Below are positions 56,692-64,000 of a stretch of DNA of 64,000 nucleotides, piece by piece. The DNA lies in the IMG/VR virus record IMGVR_UViG_3300045996_002337, positions 62,001 through 126,000 of that record; one strand, given 5' to 3'. A program made the translations under genes and the position numbers. A model generated the notes under the pieces. It was not told the DNA's origin, did not search any database, and saw only the letters and a program-made list of their open reading frames with translations. The first letter of the stretch is position 1; each line of letters begins with the position of its first letter.

Positions 56692-58278
56692 TCAGGACTG
56701 GAACACGAAGAACGCCGACCCGGCCGTCTTATCACCTGTCGTGTACGCATTCGGCGAACCGAATACTGGAGTGCTTGCTGGAGCCAGGTAAGTCGAAGTG
56801 TCCTTGATCACATCATACTTCACAGACAGGGCGCCGTTCATGACGTCCGTGCTCGTGAATGAAACGGCAATGTGAAGGGTCGTATCAGTCGGTGTTGCAA
56901 CTGTGACCGTGTAGGAGGCACCCGCAACGGTCTGGGTGGTGAGCGCCACGCCGCCCGCTGTAGCTGCCTTTACGCCAGAGTTAACAGGGGCGATTGACTG
57001 CGAAAGCGGAAGCGCACTGCTGAAGATGCGAACCTTATCGGCGTTGAGGCGAATAACACCGCGCTGGTCCAGGAGCGACTTCATATTCGTATCGCCCGTG
57101 GTTGTTGGACTTCCCAAGTTCATCGTCAACTGAATTGCACCACCGGAATTGAGGAACGTGTTGCGTGCCTCGAGCGAAGGAAACTGAAACCGCATGGTCA
57201 TTGACGCGGTAGCTGAACCACCAACTGAACCACCAAATTGAACGTGATGCGCAACGGTTGTCGTGGCTGCGAATGCAGTGTTCGAACCAGTCGCCCCATT
57301 GATACCGCGCAGCGAGTAGCGGTTGAGGACTGCGGTGTTCAACACGTTCATTGTTTCTGAATACAGGCGCATGAGGGTCACAAGACCAAAGCGACGACCT
57401 GAACGGCGCTCGAGCGACGGGTAGCGTGAATCAGCAGTGTTAAGACCGAGGAGAGAAACTGGAGCCTGACGCCCGTCAGTGATGAAAGGCACTGGTGAGA
57501 TATCGTCAGCATAGCCGGCTGGAAGATCGAGCCGCTCAATTGCGTATTTGGCCGCGGCGAGGAGGGTGTCCCAATCATTAGAGTTCGGGTCGACCATCAT
57601 TTCGGCTGTTGACTCACCTGTCGGGGTCAGAACATTACCGTCTAATGGTGTACGAAGCGCGAACTTGGCACGAAGGTTAGTGTCAAGCGCTTCCAGGTTT
57701 GAAACGTCAGTGATCGCTTTGCCGAGGGCACCATTGCCACCGACGGATGTCGGGCCAATAAGTTGGTTCAGAAGCGACAGAGCGGCTTCATATTCCTCAC
57801 GGCCCGCTACGAAATCGACGGTTGGCCAAACTTGGTTCCAGCCACCGATTGTGGTGCCAGAAACAGGGTAGCGCCCGAGACCAGTGTAGACGTACAGAAT
57901 GCCAGACGATGAACCAGTGCGCTGGAACCAAATATCGCCAAGAGCAGCTGATGTAGGGGCCTCTTCACCGTTGTTTGTAACCTGAATACCGGCGAGTGAC
58001 TTCCAAGTTAGGGGCGCGGTCGACGCGCACAGACGAAGAATTGCGTTAGTTGAATCATACCAAAGCTGACCAACGGTTGGATACGCTGGAGCTGTGCCGT
58101 CTGCGAAGTTCTCAAGCAGACGCATCAAGTTTTCTTGCTGAACGGTGCCGTAGTTTGCTGCACCCTTACCTGTGAAACGAATCGACGCCTTGTCAGATAC
58201 GATCGTGCCAACGGGCACTTGAATGGGGGTTCCCTTGTTTACATCAAGGGCAGGGCTTTTCCAATTGAGAATATACAT
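56692..58278 (-). CDS. Virion structural / tail-fibre-like protein
   Basis: 'G.G..NYG....ENL..LLENFA...P..P..GQLWYD' motif of large-phage fibre/baseplate proteins; GTAAATA at 58344-58350; start moved to 58278. Confidence 0.65.
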   Translation of the reverse strand: MYILNWKSPALDVNKGTPIQVPVGTIVSDKASIRFTGKGAANYGTVQQENLMRLLENFADGTAPAYPTVGQLWYDSTNAILRLCASTAPLTWKSLAGIQVTNNGEEAPTSAALGDIWFQRTGSSSGILYVYTGLGRYPVSGTTIGGWNQVWPTVDFVAGREEYEAALSLLNQLIGPTSVGGNGALGKAITDVSNLEALDTNLRAKFALRTPLDGNVLTPTGESTAEMMVDPNSNDWDTLLAAAKYAIERLDLPAGYADDISPVPFITDGRQAPVSLLGLNTADSRYPSLERRSGRRFGLVTLMRLYSETMNVLNTAVLNRYSLRGINGATGSNTAFAATTTVAHHVQFGGSVGGSATASMTMRFQFPSLEARNTFLNSGGAIQLTMNLGSPTTTGDTNMKSLLDQRGVIRLNADKVRIFSSALPLSQSIAPVNSGVKAATAGGVALTTQTVAGASYTVTVATPTDTTLHIAVSFTSTDVMNGALSVKYDVIKDTSTYLAPASTPVFGSPNAYTTGDKTAGSAFFVFQS

Positions 58279-58361
58279 TTTCTTCTTTCTCCTGTCGGGT
58301 AAGATGGGTGCGAGGCCGCCCGACTGTCCTTGACCGCGCATCTTATTTACGCAGAAACAGG

Positions 58362-58383
58362 AAGAGGACCCGAAGGTCCTCTT
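58362..58383 (-). terminator. Intrinsic terminator with C(UUCG)G tetraloop
   Basis: AAGAGGACC-TTCG-GGTCCTCTT on the minus strand after phoH. Confidence 0.75.
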
Positions 58384-58407
58384 ATTATGCGTTAAAAGAA
58401 GTTGAGA

Positions 58408-59211
58408 TTATCCGTGCAGAAGCGCTGGGCCGCTGAAATCATGACGGCTGATACCGTTGACTGCCCCATTTGCGCGGCGCTTTTCCGGTTGAACTTTTGG
58501 TTCAGGGGAATCGAGATGCTGAAGGATGGTTTTAACAATCTCTGAACGAACTACGTCGCTGTTGGAGAACTCGATGACGTTGATATCTGATGAACACCCG
58601 CGCAGCTTGCGTGCCACCCATTGAAGACCGTTTTCTGGAACACCTCGAAGGTCGGTCTGCGAAACGTCTCCGTTAACCGCGAACTGTGAGTACTCGCCGA
58701 TACGGGTAACAAACAACTTCATTTGCTCGATGGTCGTGTTCTGCGCTTCATCCAAGATGACGTAGCAGTTTGTGAACGTACGCCCACGCATGTAAGCAAG
58801 CGGAGCAAACTCGATCTTGCCGCCTTCCAATAGCTTCTTTGCCATCGTAGGACCAACTAGATCATTGAGCGCGTCGAGAAGTGGTAGGAGATAAGGGGAG
58901 ATTTTCTCTTCAAATGTGCCAGGCAGGAAGCCGAGCGATTCACCAGCCTCTACGATTGGTCGCGTGATAACGACCTTAGAGACCTCATTTGAGAGAAGTT
59001 TTTCAACGGCAACGGCCATTGAAAGGAACGATTTGCCCGAACCAGCAGGGCCTGTTCCAATAGTCAGTTTCGCATTCGTGAGTGATTCAACGTAGAAACG
59101 TTGCGACTCATTCTTAGGGTTTGGGCGGAACTTAAGGCGAATAGCAGTGCTCCCTTCTGGGTTAACTGGTTGCGGATATTTCTGTTTAGCCAAGGCGAGT
59201 TTTCTTCCCAT
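58408..59211 (-). CDS. phoH: PhoH-like ATPase
   Basis: 'GPAGSGKS', 'LGFLPG', 'YMRGRTF', 'LDEAQN', 'GD..Q.D'. Confidence 0.95.
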   Translation of the reverse strand: MGRKLALAKQKYPQPVNPEGSTAIRLKFRPNPKNESQRFYVESLTNAKLTIGTGPAGSGKSFLSMAVAVEKLLSNEVSKVVITRPIVEAGESLGFLPGTFEEKISPYLLPLLDALNDLVGPTMAKKLLEGGKIEFAPLAYMRGRTFTNCYVILDEAQNTTIEQMKLFVTRIGEYSQFAVNGDVSQTDLRGVPENGLQWVARKLRGCSSDINVIEFSNSDVVRSEIVKTILQHLDSPEPKVQPEKRRANGAVNGISRHDFSGPALLHG

Positions 59212-59262
59212 TGTAATCCTCCAGGAAATGGGATCAGGCGAGAACTCGTGCTACATTAGCGA

Positions 59263-59628
59263 TTATTCCTGCTTTTGCAACACGAAGCGAAGCCAATCAG
59301 AGGAGCTGATCTGTGTGCTGTGAAGCGCTGCTTCCCCAGCCTTGATGCAATCAAGGAGGTACTGGGCGAGTTTCACCTTTTCGGAGGGGGTTAAGCTCTT
59401 GATTGTCTCAATGACACGGACCGAGGTCGCATCAGAAGAGATGTTGACGATTCCATCAAGTTGGCTGTTAACGCTAACGCCGCCATTCTTGAAGAATTCA
59501 GAAAGATTTGCGAGGGCAAAGATGTGGTAGTGGTTGGTGGCATCCCCTGCTTGAATGATCTCAGCCATGGTGAGCTCGTAAGGGATTGGGCCTGTCATTT
59601 CTTGAACTACTACGCGGTGAAGTTTCAT
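59263..59628 (-). CDS. Hypothetical late protein
   Basis: TATAAATA at 59657-59664; N-terminus MKLHRVVVQE. Confidence 0.5.
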   Translation of the reverse strand: MKLHRVVVQEMTGPIPYELTMAEIIQAGDATNHYHIFALANLSEFFKNGGVSVNSQLDGIVNISSDATSVRVIETIKSLTPSEKVKLAQYLLDCIKAGEAALHSTQISSSDWLRFVLQKQE

Positions 59629-59714
59629 GCTACTGTCTCAGCAGGTTGTTATCGTTTATTTATAGTGCGCCGTTACATGGTTAAATAATAGCACACAACC
59701 AAACGGAGACCCAA

Positions 59715-59942
59715 ATGGATACAGGTTTGACACCAAATGAGGGCGAAAGCTTTGTAGATGAAGCTCGCCAACCAATTCCGCCAGCGAATACGTGGGATGA
59801 GCTGACTGTTAATCAGCTCATTGAGTTGAAGGGGCAGCTTGAAGAAAAGCGTTGGGCTTTCGCCAAGAACGCCGTGATTGCCAAGGCCCTCGATGAAGGC
59901 CTGGCAAAAATCACTCTGCTGATTTCTTCGCGCTCTTCCTAA
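59715..59942 (+). CDS. Small hypothetical late protein
   Basis: TTAAATA at 59681-59687, GGAG SD; divergent from 59628. Confidence 0.5.
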   Translation: MDTGLTPNEGESFVDEARQPIPPANTWDELTVNQLIELKGQLEEKRWAFAKNAVIAKALDEGLAKITLLISSRSS

Positions 59943-60555
59943 CGCGTGGCACCTTTGGAATCTGCGGAATGTCAAGGTAGTCAGTAACGCGGTCACAGAG
60001 ACCAAACTTCTTGCATTCTGCGGGACTCAGCCATCGATCAGAAGGAGCAAACAGCACGTCGTTGATTTGCTTCTCATTCATGTTTGAATGGCGAAGAAAG
60101 TGGTCAACGAACAGCGACTTCAGACGAATGTGCTCGTTTGTTACAGCCATCAGTTCGTGAAATTTTCCCTCCATGCCACCCATCCACTGGTGTGCCATGA
60201 TCTCGGTGTTCTTCGTGATGGTGCGGGTGCCTTTATGGCCTGCCGCCAAAATAAGGAGCGCCATTGACGCGATCAAACCAGTTCCCACGGTTTGAACGGG
60301 AAGACGCGACGTCTCCATGACATCGATGATTGCAAAGCCGTCATTCACATGACCGCCTTCAGAGTTGATGATGAACGTCAGGGGATTTTCTGTCGCCTGA
60401 AGCATGTTCGCCTTGATGATGAACTCACACGCTTCGTAGGCGGTTCCTTGATCTACCCCGCCAAATAGCATGTACGCACCAAGCGATTGCAGACTGATCA
60501 TCTCATATGGCACCGACACCTGTTCTGATGCCGATGTTTGGTCAGTTCTACGCAT
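59911..60555 (-). CDS. clpP: ClpP-like serine protease
   Basis: 'INSEGG', 'GLIASMA', 'IMAHQ', 'DRWLS..E...FGL.D'. Confidence 0.85.
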   Translation of the reverse strand: MRRTDQTSASEQVSVPYEMISLQSLGAYMLFGGVDQGTAYEACEFIIKANMLQATENPLTFIINSEGGHVNDGFAIIDVMETSRLPVQTVGTGLIASMALLILAAGHKGTRTITKNTEIMAHQWMGGMEGKFHELMAVTNEHIRLKSLFVDHFLRHSNMNEKQINDVLFAPSDRWLSPAECKKFGLCDRVTDYLDIPQIPKVPRVRKSAKKSAE

Positions 60556-60604
60556 TATGATCTCTCCTATGAACGTGCCAGATGCACGTTCTATTTAGAG
60601 GAGT

Positions 60605-61231
60605 TTAACCACAATAGAACTCGCCCGGGCTGCCCCCAGCAATCGCGACAGAAATGAAGCCCAAAGCAGGAACCCGGCCCCTTTTTTCATAGAAAAGAGC
60701 ATCTTTCGCGTACCCGGCGTCAGCCTGCGCAATCGCCTGGCGAGTCGTGAAGACCTGCTCACCCCGGGCAAAAGCGATTCGAACAATTGCGGCATCAAAG
60801 ATCGCCAAAGAAAAATGCCTCGACCATGCTCTTCCGAAGAAGATGTAAGTCACCAACTGGTAGAAGATGATGCTGGTGATTGGAACCTGCGGTGAAAAAT
60901 CTGTCACGCCAAAGTTCCAAAAGGTAGAAACAATTGGCCCCCAGATAACAAAAAGGGTGACGTCTCGCATGTTCTCAAACATCCACGATACCGCCGCCTT
61001 ATCACCGGTGAAAGCCGAGTACATCAGCGTCAGGGCCATGCCAAAGAACAGCGCAAGAATGTTTGAGAACAGAAGTGAAGTGGGGAACGCAACGAACTTG
61101 ACGATGCGATACCGCACGCCAGCCTTGGCTAGAAAGAACGCCAGCGCCGTGAAGAGGGCGCTTGCAATCATCAATGGCAGCATGAAGAGGAAGGCGAAAA
61201 CTCCACCTCCACCTTCCGACTTCGTGCTCAT
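60605..61231 (-). CDS. Multi-TM membrane protein
   Basis: Three to four hydrophobic helices; start moved to 61231 (ATGA overlap). Confidence 0.55.
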   Translation of the reverse strand: MSTKSEGGGGVFAFLFMLPLMIASALFTALAFFLAKAGVRYRIVKFVAFPTSLLFSNILALFFGMALTLMYSAFTGDKAAVSWMFENMRDVTLFVIWGPIVSTFWNFGVTDFSPQVPITSIIFYQLVTYIFFGRAWSRHFSLAIFDAAIVRIAFARGEQVFTTRQAIAQADAGYAKDALFYEKRGRVPALGFISVAIAGGSPGEFYCG

Positions 61232-62391
61232 GCAGCTTCTCCAGTTACGGTAGGAATCACTTCCAACGACCAGTTTTCGTCGAGCTTGTTCTTCACGTAC
61301 CACTCACGGTAATCAACCTCTTGACCGCGGAAGGCACGCATGATCAGACCGAAAAGCGCGTGCTCACGAAGAGCCAGGGCCATGTCCTTCGCAGTCCGCT
61401 CGAGCACACGACCGTTGCCAGCATGCAGCTCGACAGCAGTCTGAATGATGTTCAACTCACGGTTGATGCGGTTCTCGATATCCACAATCGGCTGGATCGA
61501 GCGGCCCGTCATCGCGAAGGCAGCCTTCAAGTCGTCGGACTTGTCTTCCAGCACAACGCGAGCCACATCGCGGTAGCGGGTGAAGGTAACCGAGTGGTGC
61601 AGATCGCAGTACCACTTCGTCTTGATCTTCCACATCTGGCCATCGTCAGCTTGAATGATCCAACCTTCAACACCGGTTCGGGTTTCTGCAGCTCGCTTCA
61701 GCATTTCCCAGGACACCAGGTTTTCAATACCGGCGTCCGTCACCTTCGCTTCGGAGAAGAGACCGAGAACATTCTCGACGGTCGGAAACGGGCAGTCATC
61801 ACCGAAGTGACGGTCTAGTTCGACGACGTAGTTACCCGTCGTGTTGTCACGGATCTGAAGCAGAGTCAGCTCGTCCTTGTCGTACGTCAACACGATAGGA
61901 AACCGAGGAGACGTCCATTCAAAGGTCGGCGTGTAGCCGTTTTGAAGCATCTTCAAAACCCACAAGAACTTTTCAGGATCAGCCTTCAAGAACTCGTTGG
62001 CTGCCAGAGCTTCCGCGGACGTGAAGGTCTTCTTCGTCTTGCACGCGATCGAGCCGTCCGCCAGCAGAACCGGCGTGATCATCGAACCATCACGCTTGTC
62101 CATCACACGAACGATCCGATTCCAAGGAATCAGGTCGGGCTGCGTGGATTCGTTTTCGCCAACGTTTTGGAACTTGTGAAGGGTTCGCGCTACCACTCGC
62201 CCCGTCGAGGTGTCGAAGGTGATACCACGGCATTCTTTGTACCAATCTTCGTGCTCACCGCGGAAGGTGTCTTCGTCTTGGAGCATGTAGCAGATGACGG
62301 TCGTGCCGTTGGGCTGCTCAGCCACTCGGAACTGCGAGTTGCCTTCGATGTATGGGAGTAGATCATTGATGTGATTGATAGTTGGAAACAT
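61228..62391 (-). CDS. rnlA: RNA ligase 1 (T4 RnlA-like)
   Basis: 'ECRGI.F', 'KF.N..E', 'KRDGSMI', 'T.TFE', 'EGW', 'KIKT.WY..LH'. Confidence 0.9.
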   Translation of the reverse strand: MFPTINHINDLLPYIEGNSQFRVAEQPNGTTVICYMLQDEDTFRGEHEDWYKECRGITFDTSTGRVVARTLHKFQNVGENESTQPDLIPWNRIVRVMDKRDGSMITPVLLADGSIACKTKKTFTSAEALAANEFLKADPEKFLWVLKMLQNGYTPTFEWTSPRFPIVLTYDKDELTLLQIRDNTTGNYVVELDRHFGDDCPFPTVENVLGLFSEAKVTDAGIENLVSWEMLKRAAETRTGVEGWIIQADDGQMWKIKTKWYCDLHHSVTFTRYRDVARVVLEDKSDDLKAAFAMTGRSIQPIVDIENRINRELNIIQTAVELHAGNGRVLERTAKDMALALREHALFGLIMRAFRGQEVDYREWYVKNKLDENWSLEVIPTVTGEAA

Positions 62392-62400
62392 TTTGATTCC

Positions 62401-62733
62401 TTAGGCCACTTCGACTTGTGCTTCGACAAACGCGACATAGTCGGCGTACGGAATCGGCATGATGTCGTCTTGTTGGGTGATCACACACCAACCATTCTTG
62501 TTGTAGTTTTGCTTCCTCGAGCACGGATAGAACATGTCGTCTTTCAGAACACCGATCGCTTGCCAGACCGACGGCGCGTCGAAGTCGAAACCGTAGAAGG
62601 CCTTGAACTCACCGAAGATCACGAAACCCATTTCGTCGTATCGAACGACGTCTTTTGCCCGCCGCTGACCTTTCTTGCGGGTCGGAAAGCAAGCGGGGAA
62701 GACATCACGACCGGCGGGTTTCTTGTCAGACAT
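62401..62733 (-). CDS. Early hypothetical protein
   Basis: First gene after the promoter at 62763-62791. Confidence 0.55.
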   Translation of the reverse strand: MSDKKPAGRDVFPACFPTRKKGQRRAKDVVRYDEMGFVIFGEFKAFYGFDFDAPSVWQAIGVLKDDMFYPCSRKQNYNKNGWCVITQQDDIMPIPYADYVAFVEAQVEVA

Positions 62734-62750
62734 TTCGAGTTCCGTTTTGA

Positions 62751-62791
62751 TTCGATAGATGTATTCTAACTCGAACCTGTATTTCTGTACA
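62751..62791 (-). promoter_or_regulatory. Early sigma70-like promoter with hairpin
   Basis: TGTACA-N17-TAGAAT; TTCGATAGA/TCTA(AC)TCGAA. Confidence 0.7.
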
Positions 62792-62808
62792 TCAAATAAG
62801 TGTAACGA

Positions 62809-63063
62809 TCAGGCTTGAGGTGTAGGCACGAGCCGGTGTGGGAATACGGAGCCTGTCGAGTTTACATCTTGCTCTTCGACCATCACACCATGACGATACA
62901 CTTCAACGCGAGTGAAGTTCAACGTAACCTTGTCGCCAAGCTTTCCGTGAAGGATGTTCTTGGCCACCCCGAAGGCGATTTGGTTGTACTCTTCCTTGTC
63001 ACCACCGACGTGAATGAGATACTCGCGACCGAGCACGACATCTTGCATGAATGCGTCTCTCAT
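62809..63063 (-). CDS. Hypothetical protein
   Basis: TAATG-coupled ORF. Confidence 0.5.
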   Translation of the reverse strand: MRDAFMQDVVLGREYLIHVGGDKEEYNQIAFGVAKNILHGKLGDKVTLNFTRVEVYRHGVMVEEQDVNSTGSVFPHRLVPTPQA

Positions 63064-63473
63064 TACTTCACCAGCTCGTGAAGCGTGCCATCGGCCTTGC
63101 GACGACGAACTTCAGATTTCGAGATGCCATACTTCGCGGAGATTTCAGCCACCGTGCCAAGCTCGTGCGGCTGCTGATTCGCCTTCAGCTCTTCGAGAAC
63201 GACGGCTTTAGCAGCTTTTCGTTCTTGGTGATCTTCCTTGAAAGCGTAGTCCATCAAGATTTGGAGCTGATGCTTGAAGTTAGCCTTGATATTTTCGAGG
63301 CGCACAATGGCATCCGCTTCGTCTTTGGCATTCAGCTTGGCAGTTTCGAACAGGACTTCATCGTGCGAACCCATCGCAATACACGTGATGATCGTGAGTT
63401 GATCAGGACCAGGGGTAATTGCGCCAGAGATGATGCTCAGCCCACGCAGTGACAGTTCAGTGTTGATTTTCAT
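63063..63473 (-). CDS. Hypothetical protein with C-terminal HTH-like motif
   Basis: 'TVAEISAKYGISKSEVRRRK'. Confidence 0.55.
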   Translation of the reverse strand: MKINTELSLRGLSIISGAITPGPDQLTIITCIAMGSHDEVLFETAKLNAKDEADAIVRLENIKANFKHQLQILMDYAFKEDHQERKAAKAVVLEELKANQQPHELGTVAEISAKYGISKSEVRRRKADGTLHELVK

Positions 63474-63475
63474 GA

Positions 63476-63817
63476 TCAGGCCTTTTTAACGTAGTGGGCA
63501 GTCATTGCGATCCGGACTTCAGGATTTGCCAATTGAGCGCAAACCGCTTTGAGGCCTTCAGCTGTTTCGTAGAAATAATCGACGATGAACACCCCCTCAA
63601 TCCCGAAGAGGCGGACAGTATCACCAACCCGATAGGAGCCAGTGTTACACGTGTATTCCAGCAGTTCAAGCTGATCCGGCAGAAAGAAATCCACCGTCGA
63701 ATCGGCGATCTGCTCTGCCTTAATCATGTTGAGAGCAAATCCCTTGATACAATATTCGGGAGAGCCACGTTTTCCAGCTTCGCGAACGATTTGGCCGACT
63801 TCGAAGGTGATGTTCAT
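63476..63817 (-). CDS. Hypothetical protein (two short SH3/KOW-like repeats)
   Basis: 'FEVGQIV', 'YRVGDTV'; probably leaderless. Confidence 0.5.
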   Translation of the reverse strand: MNITFEVGQIVREAGKRGSPEYCIKGFALNMIKAEQIADSTVDFFLPDQLELLEYTCNTGSYRVGDTVRLFGIEGVFIVDYFYETAEGLKAVCAQLANPEVRIAMTAHYVKKA

Positions 63818-63853
63818 GAATGAATTATATCCATAACATCACAGGTTGTACAC
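63807..63853 (-). promoter_or_regulatory. Early sigma70-like promoter with hairpin
   Basis: GTGTACA-N17-TATAAT; GTGATGTT/AACATCAC. Confidence 0.75.
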
Positions 63854-64000
63854 AACTATTTTCCTGCTTTTATGCAGGCCAAAAGAAATGTTGCGCGATC
63901 GTCGGCGTTAGCGTCCTTGGTGATCTTAGTTGGGGGCGTCACCTCTTTCTCGCCAATTTGGCAGGTGATTACCCCGTCGAGCTTGCACACAACTGGGTCT

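Noticed and set aside
1-64000. Alternative genetic code / stop-codon reassignment
   Set aside because: Conserved genes are full length under the standard code, and TAA, TGA and TAG all terminate genes
63856-64000. 3' end of a minus-strand ORF at the window edge
   Set aside because: Too short and truncated to call a product

Overview
64 kb of a large, tailed dsDNA phage genome with T4-like regulation (myovirus/jumbo-phage type). The LolA and PagL sequences suggest a Gram-negative, probably Burkholderiales, host (inference). 1-19.6 kb (+): virion/tail genes, spanins, an Ig-M23-GH108 hydrolase, a permuted NlpC/P60 and a PAAR. 19.6-64 kb (mostly -): LolA, a cluster of probable head-internal proteins, the replisome (gp41-, gp61-, RNase H-, gp45-, gp43-like), a nucleotide-metabolism operon, envelope-remodelling genes (PBP7-like, PagL, small lipoprotein, secreted HNH), PhoH, ClpP-like and RNA ligase 1. 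T4-type late promoters (NTAAATA) and sigma70-like early promoters (TGTACA-N16/17-TATAAT) recur. Most notable: (i) a probable capsid-cargo system, with genes sharing an MK-x-x-E/D/Q-LFE leader, a leader-bearing cassette array, and a 975-aa polyprotein with many hydrophobic-x-E sites and ADP-ribosyltransferase- and ligase-like cargo; (ii) early promoters whose -10 box sits at the tip of a hairpin whose stem sequence differs each time; (iii) an AAA+ ATPase with a SprT protease nested inside; (iv) a late-expressed phage LolA alongside phage lipoproteins. No tRNA, rRNA, CRISPR, intron or intein was recognised. All family calls are from motif recognition by eye, without database searches.
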